Below are positions 43,508 through 57,424 of a stretch of DNA of 64,000 nucleotides, in pieces. The position numbers and the translations under genes are program-made. Within the stretch, counting starts at the first letter, position 1. Every line of letters starts with the position of its first letter. The notes beneath the pieces are model-generated. The model had not been told where the DNA came from and made no database searches. It saw nothing but the letters and a program-made list of their open reading frames with translations. Where the stretch lies: positions 9,549-73,548 of the forward strand of contig CAMJOB010000001.1 of NCBI GenBank assembly GCA_946407495.1, read 5' to 3'. This DNA is from an uncultured Bacillota bacterium. GTDB taxonomy: Bacteria > Bacillota_I > Bacilli_A > RF39 > UBA660.

Positions 43508-46500
43508 TGAATTATAAATAGATATTAAATGAACCATTAAATTTTAAATTCCAAGCTAAGACTTTACCTACTAAGGGAGTCTTAGCATGGGAATATAATC
43601 CATTTAGAAATTATAGACTTACTAAATGTAATAAATTTAAATATAATGATAAATATTATACTCTTGAAGAAATAGAAGATATTCTATCTATAACTATTGG
43701 TGGTGATACTAATCTTAAACCAGAATTTGGATATAATAGAACTAGACATAATGTAGAAAATACCGATCCTCAAAAATGGTATACTTGTGAATTATCGGAA
43801 GATAAAAATCATACTACATTATTAAATGAAGTTCAAGATGTTCTTGATATTGAGTTATATGAAAAAGGACAATTAGTAGATTTTGAAACGGATGAATTAG
43901 AATTTGATTTAAAACATCCTGTTGATATAATCGCTCAAGAGTCTTATGATAATTCAGTAAATCTTATAATTAATGATGGAAAGAATATACCTAGATTAAT
44001 TAATTCTCGTTTTTCTCCTACTGAAAAGAATCATTATCAAATAGTAGATAGAAAAGGAGATAATGATACAAACATATATGATTAGGGAGATCAATTTGAT
44101 ATTGATACTTCTCTTTATAAACGTACTATTAAAATACCAAAACTAAAATTTGATGGTGTTTACCCTGGTGGTAACTTAGGAGTTGGAAACTATCATTTCT
44201 TTTTTAAATATATTGATTCTGATGGTAATGAAACAGATTGGATTGCAGAATCTGGTTTAGTTTCAGTATTCTTAGGTAATACTCCACAAAGTATTGATAG
44301 TGGTTTTGGAAATTAGAATAGTAAAAAATTAATTAAATTTACTTTAACTAATATTGATTCTGCTTATAATTATGTAAAAGTTTATTATAGTAAAGAAACT
44401 TCTGGATTTAATCAAGAAGCACAAACAACTTGTTATGAAATTGAACATAAATATATAGTAGATAAAAACAATACTTGTAATATAACAATATCTGGATTTA
44501 TTAAGGATATTGAAGTTTCAGAAGATGTAATTAATATGCAATATCAACTTGTATCATCTGTTGAAACACAAACAGTTTGTAAAAATATGTTATTTTTAGG
44601 TAACGTTAAAAAACCAGAAATTCCATATAAAGAACTTACTGATTTATCTTTAAGATTTTTACCAAAACGTTCACTTATTGATTATAATTTAAGTATTGAT
44701 TCTCAATATAATATCAATAGTAGTTCAGAAGGATATTATGATCCTGAATACATATATAATTATACAGGTTATTGGAATGATGAAATATATAGACTTGGAA
44801 TAGTTTATATTCTTCCTGATAATTCATTATCTCCAGTATTTAATATAAGAGGTGGATATAATATTGATGAAAATTCAAAATATTCATATGAACCTCTTTA
44901 TAAAAATGGAGTTAGAAATTATTTAACAATATCAGAAGATAATTATTCTATAATTTCGTCTAATAAGAATCCTATTAAGTTAGAAAATGCTAAAGGTGTT
45001 ATAACCTTAAAGACATATGATTCAAATAAAGGACCAAATGAAGAACAGCCTTATAAAATATATGGTATTAAAATAGAAATAGATAAACTACAAAAAGAAG
45101 AAGTTTTAAACGAACTTAAAAAATATACTAAAGGATTTTTCTTTGTAAGACAAAAAAGAATCCCTACAACATTATGTCAAGCTATATCTATTGCAACTGA
45201 TAAGCATAACTATTTACCTGTATTTCCAATTGGAAATAAGAAATCGTTATTTGTTAGTCAACTAACAGGTGTTTCTTACACTCAACCTAAAGAAACAAAA
45301 CTTAGTATATTTAAACAATTAACTGATGTTGGAACTGAAATTATAGATCCATACACAGGAACTACAAAACGTATTGCAGGTTCAGATAAAAACTTGGCTG
45401 AAGTTAGTTTAAAAGAAAATACAGAATATTATCTTGCTGAGTCATTTATTGATTCAAGAGATAGATATATAACAAATGATTTCTTTAGTAGAATTAGACC
45501 TATAGAATCATCTAAAGTAAAAGTTAATGCTGCGCTATGTCCAGAATTTGAACTTGATTAGACATTCTATGCTAATTTATTTACAGGTGACCAATTTGTA
45601 TTAAAGAAATCAGATATGCAACCACAAGGTTCAAGTCTATCTTGGAGTCAAGATGAAGAACGTAATTTCTATGTAGGAAAATACGTATATGCTAATGATA
45701 CAGTAGAATATAAATCTAAAATATTAGCTGTTCCAGATAGTTCTAAATTAATGGCTATTGATAAAGATAATTATAAAGGAACTGCTGGTAATTCAACAGA
45801 TGGTTGGAGATTTGATTATATAGCAAAAGAAAACAAAAAGACAGAAGCAACAAACTTTATTAGAGGTAATTGGGGACCATATTTAGGTGTTCAAAGTGCT
45901 ACTAAAAATAAAGTTTTAACACAATATGATATTAAAATTCCTGGATATAGTAAAAGTAAAATTCAAGAATACTTTAATGTTAGATATAGTGATAATTCTT
46001 CATTCTATCCTATTTCAGATAGATTAGAAATAAATGATTTTGGAGACAATTTTGTTTTATATAGAGGTGACTGTTACATATGTCAATTTACACATAGAAT
46101 GAACCGTAATTTCCAAGATCCAGCTGCACCTACTAATGATGATATTGTAAATCCTAAATGTTGGAAAGAAAACTATTCTGTTAAAGACGGAGTAATTGAA
46201 AAACATAAGTTTGCTAATATTAACATTGGTGATTTAAATGCAGTAAGATTAGGAACATGGGTTACATTTACAGTACGTTCTACTAAGAATTTATGTATAC
46301 GTGGTGTAGATGATAGTCATTCTGATGAAAAAGCATTAATAGGACACGGTCGTGGTTTTTATCCTCGTTATAAAATAAACTTAGATGGTTCTTATAAAAC
46401 ACCAGAATCTTCATACTTTAATAAAGGATTTCAAAAGGAATTTGGTGTTAAAAAATACATAGAAGCTGCTGATGTACCTGCAGAAAAGAATGAATTTTCA

Positions 46501-48777
46501 AGTAGAATTTTATATTCAAACCCTGCATCAAATGATTCTTATACAAATAACTTTAGAGTATTCGAATTAGGACACTTTAAAGATTATTCTAAAGAATATG
46601 GTTCTATTACTAAATTAGTAGAATCAAATGGTTCAATACTTATTGTATTTGAACATGGAATAGGTAGTCTTGCAGTTAATGAAAAAGCATTATTACAAAA
46701 TATTCAAGGTGATGATGTTTATATAGGAGCTAATAAAGTAATTGGTGAACCAAGAATTATTTCTGATAAATTTGGTAGTCAATGGAAAGAAAGTATTGTT
46801 AAAACTCCACATTACATTTATGGTGTTGATACAGTTGCTAAGAAAATATGGAGAGTTGGAATAGATTCTCCAAATGTAGAATGTATTTCTGATAAACGTA
46901 TACAACAATTCTTAAATCAAAATATTATATTAAGTGAACGTGAATTAATTCCTATTATTGGAATTAGAAACGTTAAATCTCACTATAATGGATTTAAAAA
47001 TGATGTATTATTTACATTCTATGATAATCTAAGAGGATTTGAAGAAAAAGTATGGAATATATGTTGGAATGAGATTACTTAGAATTGGACAACTCTTTAT
47101 TCATGGGTTCCTTCTTATTCTGAAAACATATTTAATCAGTTCTTTACTTTTGATAGAAATACATCTAAATGGATTGCTAAATTAGGAATTAGTAATTGTA
47201 ATTCTGATTTTGCTGATGGTATCACTTTAGACAATAATATTATTGATGATAGTTCAGAAAATTACCAAAATTTGGCACTTTACAACAGAGATGGAATCGA
47301 ATCTGAAGAAATCCATGTTGGACTATTAACTTTATCAAATAGGGACTTAGAAGACGATTATATAGTAGAATATACATTAGAAAGAGATCCATTCGGTAAC
47401 TATAAATATTTCGCTGTAGATGATGGTACAATTCACATTATTGACGAAACAGGAAGAAGAATATTAACTGAAGATTATATTGGTGATACTTATGATGAAG
47501 AAACAGGAGATAGTGATTTAATTACAGAACCTGTTGATTTAACACATGGTAAACCTTGGGCAGTTGTTCAAAAATATAAACTACCAGATGATTATCCTTA
47601 TCCTGTAATATTACTTAATATTTCAGCAAAAGTTGTATCTGCTAAAAATGAAAATAAAACATTATTAAATAGCACATTAGTAAAAGAAAATTATTATAAT
47701 AATACTATTGCTATTTGTTTAAAATCTGTTTATGATAATGGAAATACAGTACCTTATGATGAATCTAAACCATCATTAATGAGTGCTTTCTGGAGACATG
47801 GACAAGCTGGCTTACAAGATATTGCTGAAAAAATTAAACCTTGTCATTGGTATGGTAAACAACATCCATTTGAATTTGAATTCTGTGTAAATGAAAACCC
47901 AGAACTTCAAAAAGTATTTGATAACTTACAAATTATATCAAATAATGCAGAGCCTGATTCATTCCATTATGAAATAATAGGAGATGGTATAGAATTTGCT
48001 AATGACAAAAAGAATATGTATATTCGTCAAGAATCTACAAAAGAATTATATCAATATAATGGAAGTGATATTCTTTACAACGATGATTGGAAAGAACTTG
48101 AAAAAGATGGAGTAAAACAAAATCCGAAATCTACAATCTTACCACAAATGTATGAAGCACGTCAAGATACATTTAATGAGATTGAGGATCAATATAAGAA
48201 AATTACTTCATCTAATAAAAACTATGATGAATTAACAGGAACCGAAGTTACTTATGATAAAGTAACTGGAGAATATGGTTTATGGGTTCATAGTAAAGCC
48301 ATTGATGTAAATAGTGGATCTGGAAATAGATTAAGAGGTAATATGCAGTATAGAAATGATAATTGGAAAGTTCAAATCTCTCCTATTAATTTCGTACAAA
48401 AGAACGAAAATGAAGGTTTAGACGAACAAGGAAATATCATAAATTCAACTTGGAAGAATGGTAAAGTACCTATTAGTATTGCTAATATTCCAATTCCTGC
48501 CAATATTACTAATTATGATTTAGATATTCCAGAATCTTTAAAAGATAAAGAAATAGATGTTGATTCTTGGGGAGATTTACCTATAATTCAAAATGTAGAA
48601 CGTAAATCTAATGATGGAAAAACTACTTATACTTATGAAGTTGGAAATCCTGACTCAAAATGTACGAGACAGCAAACTAAAATAAGAGATAAATATGTGC
48701 GAATTAGAATACGTTATTCAGGTGAAAAACTTGCTTTAATTCGTAAAATAATCACTATATATTCACAATCATTATAA
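43507..48777 (+). CDS. giant tail-associated structural protein (1756 aa); TAG at codons 5, 193, 270, 685, 1192
   Basis: frame 1 continuous from ATG 43507 (TAATG overlap) through ORFs 44536, 45616, 47272 to TAA 48775-48777. Confidence 0.5.
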
Positions 48778-48778
48778 T

Positions 48779-51466
48779 ATGAATGATAGATTAAACATAA
48801 ATGGGAGAAATCCTTGGGTTTCTCCCAATTATAACCCTTGGCTTAATTCTGATTATAGTTGGATTGATTTTTAGCAATTTAATGATGTAACTAATAATTT
48901 TGATGCAATCCCAAATTATTCTTCTTATTTTGATGAATTAGAAAAATCTAACGAAATAGGAAATTCAATTGCAAATGTTGGATAGACTATTGCTGATTAT
49001 TTAAAAAAGAATCAAGAAAAGAACACACCTTTAGTTAGTTCTGCACCTAAAATTGATATATCTAAATCTTCATTAAAGAACTTTGATGAAAATAACTTTA
49101 ATGGAGTTAATGATTTTAATAAACGTGCAAATGATAGAGGTGTAGTAAAACAACAATCAGATGTTATTACAAACCCATCAATGTTTAATGTTGGATTTAC
49201 TCCTAATAAAACCGATACTTTTAAACCTAAATTAAGTGGAGGTGATATTAATAAAATGATAGTAAATCCTAAATCAGCAGCACCTATTAATGGAACAATT
49301 AATCAAACTAATAATGGAATAACTGAACAAGTTAATACACAAATTGATTAGGTTGGTCCAAATAAAGGTATGCTTAATGGTAAATATATTGGTGTAGGTC
49401 TTGAAGCAGCTAAAGCAGCAGGAGTATCATTAGGAAATGAAACCGCAGATGGTATTGTTTCTTCTGGTATTAATAACTTAAGTAACGGAATAAACGGAGA
49501 TAGTTTATTAGATACAGGTATAGGAGCTGTAAGTAGTATGCTTGGAACATCTGATAATTCAGTAGTAAGAGCTGGTGGATAGCTTTTAAGTTCTGGTAGA
49601 AGTGCTTTAGAAAGTGTTAAAGCACTTAAAGCTATAAATGCTGCTAAAAAAGCTGGAGATGCTACTAAATTAGCAAATCTTGGTGGTAATATGGCTAAAG
49701 CAAGTAATATTGCTAATATAGGTGGTATAGCCGCTGGTGTTTTTGATACTGCATTATTTGGAAATAGTACACCTTCTGAATATCAAGGTGTAAAAGGTGG
49801 TATTACACAAGGTCTTGATACAGCATATGATGCTATACAAGCAGGTGTTAGTACATTAGGACCAGTTGGTACTATTGTTTCTGCGGCTATGGCTGCATAG
49901 AAATTAGGAGGACACGCACTTAAATCAATAGGTGGTGGTACAGATGGTATGACAACTATTGATGCTATTCTTGGTTCATCTTTCTTACAAGGTACTCCAT
50001 TAGGAGCCATTAATGGATTTGGTGGTAGTTCTACAGCAAGGTTTACTAAAGATTCAGATATATTTAGTAATATAGGTGGATCTTATTTAGGTTCTAATGC
50101 TTTAGCAGATGAAGTTGAGCCTTACGCTGGTAAGAAGTTTGGATTATTCTCAAGAAGTCAAAGAAATAAATGGGAAAATAAAATTCAAGATATTATTGGA
50201 CAACAAAGAATACTTGCGAGTATTTCTAAAGAATCAGAAAGAGCTAAAACATTGCAACAAACAATGTCAGGAGCTGAAGCTCAATCTCTTAATAATTTAC
50301 TTAATGGCGGTTATAGAGATATAGTATTTAGTAAAAAAGGTGGTTTATTAAATTTATTTGGAGATAAATTAAGTAGAGCACATAGAATTATTATACAAAA
50401 GACTATAATAATTGAGCCTAAAGAAGAGAAAAAAGAAAATAAAACTGAAAACGTAATTCCAGAAGGTGCTTTACACGCTAATCTTCATCATATGGATGTA
50501 AAGAACATTACTAAAAAAGGTGTTCCTGTAGTTGATACAGATGGAGAATAGCAAGCAGAAATAGAGCGTGATGAAATTATATTTAGATTAGAAGTAACAA
50601 AATTACTTGAAAAATTAAAAGCGGATGGAAGTGATGAAGCAGCTATTACTGCAGGTAAGCTACTCGCTGAGGAAATATTATATAACACAGAGGATAGAAC
50701 AGGACTTCTTGAAAAGTTTAAACAAGGAGGAGAGATTTAGATTGCTTAGGAAGGAACTAAATTAAATCCTAAATCTATTGTAGATTTCGATTCTTTCCAA
50801 AAATATTTAAAAGAAACGGGACGATTTGCTCCTGATTTCGATTATCAAGGATTTTATGATGATGAAGAATTAAGAGCAAGATGGTTAGAAGAAGAATTAT
50901 CTAATCCTGGTAATGCTCATATGAATGATTATTATAAACTTCCTCAACATCATACTTATTCTAAAGAATCAAAAGGTGGTAAAGATTTTGGTGGAGAATG
51001 GTTAGGAAATGATGAAGTAGGTTGGATGTTTAAAGCATCTCCATTTAATATGGCTCAACATTCATTTGAAGATATGAAGAAATATTGGGATAATAATGAA
51101 CCAGAAGCTGTATTATGGTATGGAAATGATTTTTACAAAGCTAAACCTAAGCAAGAAATAGAAACTCTTGAATTTAAACAAGGAGGTTCTTTAAATGTAA
51201 TACCAGATGGTGCTCTTCATGCAAGATTACACCACATGGATATAGATAATATAACTAAGAAAGGTATTCCAGTTATAGATAATGACAATAATCAACAAGC
51301 TGAAATTGAATTAAATGAAATAATCTTTAGACTTGATGTTACTAAGAAACTTCAAGAACTAAGAGAAAAGAATACGGAAGAAGCAGAGATCGAAGCTGGA
51401 AAATTATTAGTAGATGAAATTTTAAATAATACAGATGATAGAACAGGTTTAATACAAACAATTTAA
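48779..51466 (+). CDS. Gly-rich virion/ejection-like protein (895 aa) with C-terminal tandem GALHAxLHHMD domain repeats; 8 TAG
   Basis: frame 2 continuous through ORFs 49370, 49691, 49949, 50921 to TAA 51464-51466. Confidence 0.5.
50452..51463 (+). repeat. protein-level tandem duplication of a ~95-aa domain (K[KQ]GG.LN.IP[ED]GALHA.LHHMD..NITKKG.PV.D...QAEIE..EIIFRL.VTK...EL......EA.I.AGKLL..EIL.NT.DRTGL)
   Basis: two copies, 50452-50735 and 51170-51463, diverged at DNA level. Confidence 0.55.
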
Positions 51467-51482
51467 TTAAAATTAATAATAA

Positions 51483-51935
51483 ATGGCTAATAAATTAAAA
51501 TTAATTCCAAAAGCATAGAGAGGAGCAGTTATTCCTAATGGAAGAGAAACTTTACCAGCAGGATTAACTTTAGAACAGTATCTTAACGCAAAAGATCAGT
51601 TAATGAAACTTTACGGAGCATCTGAAATGAATCCTATTTATGGTTCTCGTAAAGGTGATGATACTATTGAACAAGCTGTTAACTTTATTGGAAGACAAGC
51701 TCCAGCTGCAGCTCCAACAACACCAACACAGCCATCAGCAACTGTGCAGACTCCACAAAGTAATAGTAATCTTCTTAATTCATTTAAATTAATTGCACCT
51801 AAATTTGCTGAATTAAAAGGAACAGACGCTGCTCCAATTCAAGCAAGACCAGGTGGAAATCAAGAAAATGATATTCAGCGTGAAGCAAGATTAAGAGCAC
51901 AAAATTCTGAACTTGGAAGATTCTTCACTCATTAA
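51483..51935 (+). CDS. hypothetical protein (150 aa); TAG at codon 12
   Basis: ATG 51483 frame 0 continuous into ORF 51603..51935. Confidence 0.4.
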
Positions 51936-51943
51936 TAAAAATT

Positions 51944-52534
51944 ATGATAAACATTAAAATAGGCAATAAATCCTATAAGGTTGAAGAATGTAAAACTGAA
52001 GAGGAAAGAGAAAAAGGTTTACAAAATGTAAAAGAATTACCTGAAGACGAAGGTATGTTATTTTATCACAATCCTCCAGAGGATGTTGCTTATTGGATGG
52101 AAGATACATATATACCACTTGATATAGTTTTTATAAATGATGATCAAGAAGTAATAAGTGTAAAACAAGGTAAACCTCTATCTCTTGATTATATTGAAGA
52201 AAAAGATGTAGCATACGTACTTGAAGTTAATGCAGATTCCGGAATTAAACCAGGAGACGAACTAAAATTTGAAGGAGATGAAGTAGAAGGTATCATGAAA
52301 GTTCTTGCACCAGATGGTTCAGTTCAAATGTGGCTTCAAGGCGGAGAAAGAATCGTATCTCGTAGAGAAACAAAAATTCTTATCAAAAAGGCTAAAAAAG
52401 CTGATAAAAGTAAAGATGACAAGGATTACAAGGCTCTCGGTAGATATATGTTCAAAGTTTTAAAAGGTCAAGATGAAAGACCTATAGAATATGTAGAATC
52501 TAATAACGAAGATGGTAAAAAATCGGAAGAATAA
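51944..52534 (+). CDS. DUF192-family protein
   Basis: GMLFYHNPPEDVAYWMEDTYIPLDIVFINDDQEVISV...AYVLEVNADSG matches DUF192 (COG1430) pattern. Confidence 0.5.
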   Translation: MINIKIGNKSYKVEECKTEEEREKGLQNVKELPEDEGMLFYHNPPEDVAYWMEDTYIPLDIVFINDDQEVISVKQGKPLSLDYIEEKDVAYVLEVNADSGIKPGDELKFEGDEVEGIMKVLAPDGSVQMWLQGGERIVSRRETKILIKKAKKADKSKDDKDYKALGRYMFKVLKGQDERPIEYVESNNEDGKKSEE

Positions 52535-52643
52535 TCTATATATTTTATTATTTAATTTAATTAATTTTATTTTTTGATTTTACTTAAATATTATTTATAT
52601 TTGAGTATTAAAAAATTAAAGTTTAAATTTAAACAAATTTATT

Positions 52644-52973
52644 ATGAAAATATTATTTACAAACGGTAACAAAACTAAGAAATTCCAGCAAGGTGGAGAA
52701 GTTGCACCAGAAGCAGGTGGTGCACCAGTAGGAGCACCAGAAGGAGGAGCACCACAAGGTGGTGGAGAAGATCCAATGATGCAGATTGCTCAAATGGCTT
52801 TACAAGCATTACAAACACAAGATTGTAATGCAGCTATGCAAGTATGTCAAGTATTTGTTCAACTTCTACAGCAAGCACAAGGCGGTGGAGCACCTGAAGA
52901 AGCACCTGCTGAGGAAATGGGAGAACCTGTTTATCGCAGAGGTGGAACATTAGTAAAGAGAATTAAGAAGTAA
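52644..52973 (+). CDS. small protein with N-terminal KFQQGG motif, GGAP low-complexity and Gln-rich helix
   Basis: ORF track 109 aa; followed by terminator. Confidence 0.4.
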   Translation: MKILFTNGNKTKKFQQGGEVAPEAGGAPVGAPEGGAPQGGGEDPMMQIAQMALQALQTQDCNAAMQVCQVFVQLLQQAQGGGAPEEAPAEEMGEPVYRRGGTLVKRIKK

Positions 52974-52981
52974 TTTATTTT

Positions 52982-53015
52982 AGGAGCGCACACTAACAAT
53001 GTGTGCTCCTTTTTC
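52982..53015 (+). terminator. rho-independent terminator
   Basis: 11-bp stem aggagcgcaca/tgtgtgctcct (one G-U), loop ctaacaa, then ttttt. Confidence 0.6.
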
Positions 53016-53022
53016 ATTTAAT

Positions 53023-56000
53023 ATGGCTCAAGTAAAGAAATTTTAGCAAGGTGGTTCCGTTAATTCTAACCTTTTTGACATAGGAGGTAGAAATGTAAAT
53101 AAAAATGATTTTATTTACTTAGCTAAAAAGAATTGGAACACCTTCAAATCAAATTATAATATCTCAGGCGATGATGCTGTTGATGCTGATAATGCTTTTA
53201 ATAAAGTATTACAAAGTATCGAAAGAGGAGATATTAGTTCAATGGGTGAAAATGGAGAATTATTCGATAAGACAGGTACATTATCAAATAATTCAGACCA
53301 GAAAAACTCTTACGGTAAAGCAGCTCAATATTTATGGGAACTTGGCGTAGGAATGGACACCTATCAAGAAGATAATAAAAAGAAAGGACTTAAATACGAA
53401 GATACAAGAGGAGCTTTAGGTAATATCATTAATAATAGTTTTTATGGTGGTAATTATACAGGCTCTGACCAAGATATTAAACTTTGGCTAAATCAAGATG
53501 CTGTTGATGCTAACGGAGTTCGTTCTAGAGTTAATAGAATGAATGCTTTAGCTAATTATTTAGAAAAATTAAAAGCAGATGTAAATACACAAGATATTGA
53601 TTATGAAGGAAGTAAATATAAAGATAAAAATGAAAGACTTTCTCATATTGATAATGCTATATCTCTTCTTAAAAAAGGAGAATATAACGATAATGTATTA
53701 CGTGCTTTAATGGATGTTGGTGATATGACAAGTACTCAAGCAATGTCATGGTTAGCTGATGGTACAGAACAATCAACTCAACAAAATCCAGAAGAACCTG
53801 CTCAACTTTCTGATGATGACAAAATAAAAGTACTTGCTAAACAATTAATGCAAGAAAGACCTGGTGTTTCATTAGAAGATGCTACTTCTTTAGCAACAGC
53901 TAAATTCAATCGTGATAAACAACAATCTCAAGCTCAAATCAGAAAAGAAATTCAAGACATCAACTTTAATAATTGGTTTGATGAAGTTTCTAAAGATTTC
54001 CAAGCAACTAATTTTAGTTTACACGATCCAAAATATAGTTTAAACTATTATAAAAATACTGATGCACCAAATTTCGGAATACACGATACTATCATTGATA
54101 AGTATGAACAATTAATGTCAGGTAAGAATAGATCTTTTATTGACTATTATAAAGTGGCAAATTCAGGTGTTAAACATAGACTTAGAGCATTACTTGATAT
54201 AGAATCTGAACGTGCCGAAAGAGATGGTTTTACAAAAAATCTTAGAAAACTTGGAAACGGTTTATATGCTTTAAGAGGATATACTCGTTATAATAACGGA
54301 TATGCTTGGGTATATAATAGTAGAACAGGTGATTTAAATAAAATACAAACTAAATCAAATCCATATTTGTTTGAAGAAAACGAAAAATGGTGGACTACTA
54401 ATAATGCTAAATATAAGCAAGGTGGTATTCTTTTTGCTCAACAAGGTGCAAGTATTAGAGAAATTCTCGCAGAAGAAACAAAAAATGCTAGACAAGCAAG
54501 ACAAGATAAAATTAAAACTGCATCAAAAGCTCAAAATAGACCAGAAGAAGCAGTAAAGAATGGTTCTAAGAAAGCGAATAGTTTAGGTGAAGCATATGAT
54601 AATATGAACACTGCAAATAAAGTTAGATTCTATTCTGCTGTTGGTGATTTAACAGGTGCTGTTGCTTCTTTTGTACCAGGTTACGGAAATGCAATTTCTT
54701 TAGGTCAAGGTATTATATCTGATGTTGCAAGAGCAGGTGCTGATATTTCAGAAGGATATTCAGCAGGTGATGTAGCTTGGAATTTTGCTAAAGGTTTAGG
54801 AATGACTGCTATTGGAGCTATTCCATTAGTAGGTACAGGAACTAAATTATCAAAAGCATGGAAAGCAACAAGAGCATTTGTTCCTTGGGCACTTAGTATT
54901 GGTGCAACAATGGGTGATGTAAGTGCTGCAGAACAAGCATATAAAAATATAGAATCTGGTAAAGGTACAGTTGATGATTATATGGCTATGGTTAAATTGC
55001 TAACAAGTGTTTCTAATACAACAAAACTTGGAAGTAGTACACTTAAAGCAAGAGCTATTAAAAATGCCACAAAAACTAATAATACTGAAATTACTATTAA
55101 AGGTAAAAAAGGTAACATTAAATTAAATCAACAGCAATTAGACAAATTAAAAACAGCTAAGACTCAAGATGAAATGAACCAAATGATTAAATCAATGGGA
55201 CATAATGATGAAATAGCATTTAGTCGTAATGTATTTGGTGAAAATCTTAAGCCTACAGATGCTGGTCGATTTGGAAAATCAGCTAGAGTAACTAAATCTC
55301 CAGTATATGATTTTAGTTTAGTTGCTAATAATTCAATATATAGAAAAGGTCCTGTTTCAGAAGTCGGAATGATGCAAATGAATGTAAATCGTCCATCTTG
55401 GTTACATTTACCATCAATTGGTTATAAACCTACTACTGTTACAAAATCTGCAACACCTGTTGTAGCACCTAGTGTAACACCTACAAGAGTTGCAGCTTTA
55501 CCTAATTCTCCATTACGTTCTAATACTCCATCACCAATTCCTCCAGCAACACGAATGATAGGAAGAAATAATAAACTAACAATTGGTGGATATAAAAAAG
55601 GAGGACGTATAGAACGTCTAATTGAAAAATATCAAGCAGGTGGTAAAACAGTAAAACAATATGGTTTACCAACAGATGATATTTGGAACGCTGTAATATA
55701 TGATTTAGATAATCGTTATCGTAATAACTTTACAAATGATACTGATTTTGATTATGTAAATCGTAATATTGATGTTACAGATAAAGTAAGTCCTAAAAAC
55801 AATCTTTATGATGTAGAAGGAAATAAACCTTATACAGATCCTAAACAATTAGAACTTTATCATAATCAAGGTAAATTAGTTGAAGATAGAAATAAAAACT
55901 TTTATAAACAATTATTAACAAACCCTGTTCTTGCTGAAAAGTGGGCACGTGATTATTTAAAATATAATCATTCTACTACTCATGGTAAAGAATGGTTTGA

Positions 56001-57423
56001 AAAGAATAACATTATTAAAGACGGCATTTTTAATTTTGGTAATTTTGTAAATGCTAAATATAATGGAAATCGTTTATGGGAAGACCATTTAAATGCAACA
56101 GGACATGATGTTTATAAAGGTAAAGTTTATTATATTGAAGGACAAGATGGTTATTATGGAGATAAATTACCAGAAGGATATAGGATTGATCCTACTGATC
56201 AAGGTATTGATGTTGAAAATGGATTAATAAGAAAGTATAAACTTATTAAAGATCCAACTCAACCACAACCTAATCCACAACCTACTCCACAACCTCAAAA
56301 CAAACAGTCAGTAATAACTCCTCCTACTAAGGAAGAAGTTCAACCTACTACAACAAATCCTTCAGTAGTTCAACCTAAATCTAATTTTGATCCAACTCGT
56401 TTAGGTGCTGATGCACTTGCATTAAGAACAGCACTTGATACTATTAGAACTAATAATTTATTAGCTGATAGAGCTTTAGGAAAACAACTTCCTTTAAAAA
56501 ATCCTAATAGTATGGTTGCTCCAACTGCTGATGTTTATAATATCTTAGCAAATGGACAACAAAACGCTGGACAAATTAATACACAAGGTCGTCAAGCACA
56601 AAATAGTGTTGCTAATACAGAAACAGGTCTTTTAGCAAGACTTCATGCTGCAAGAGATGCTACTAAAGTAAAACAAGAAGCAGGTCTAAAAGCAGATGAA
56701 AAACGTCAAGCATATGCTGATAAGGCTGTTGAAGTTGGAAATTACAATCACGCTCAAGAAGTTGAAACAGGTAATTTTAACAACGGTCAACTTGTTAATA
56801 AAAAGAATATGGACATAGATATTCTTAACGGACGTGATGCAGCTAATTTACAAGTTCGTTCTGCATTAAGTGATAAATATGAATTAGATTTAAGACAAAA
56901 ACTCGCTAAGGCTGAGGCTAAACGAGATATGGAAGAGCAAAAAGCTGAGTTAAAGAAAGAACAAATTGCTGATATGCAAGAACAATGGAATCAAAGACAA
57001 GTTCAATTGTTAACAAATTATCATATGAATGTTGATCCAGCTTATGTAAAAGCACGTAGAGGTTATGAAGAAGCTGTTAAAAATAAAGACACAGCAAATG
57101 CTTCTAAATATAAAGCGGATATGGATGTTATTGCAAATAAGTATAAAGTAGATGCTTATAATCAAATGGGACGATATAGTGCTAATAGATATGGAGTAAA
57201 TTGGAATGATTTACAAATATCTAAAAATCCTTATTCATATTCAATGCCTACTAAGAAAGCAAAAGGTGGAACAATTTATGATAATATATTCAAGGCTCGA
57301 CTTGATGACAATAGAAGATTTGATAAAAGAATTTCAGAATCTATAAAAACTACTTAGAAAGCAATTGGAGATAGCAGTGCTATCACAAAAGCTATTCTTA
57401 ACAAGTTAATGAGTAAGTGGTAA
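53023..57423 (+). CDS. giant virion/cargo-like protein (1466 aa) with N-terminal KFQQGG motif (Q encoded by TAG at codon 8)
   Basis: ATG 53023 frame 1 continuous through TAG 53044 into ORF 53242..57357, through TAG 57355 to TAA 57421-57423. Confidence 0.5.
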
Positions 57424-57424
57424 T

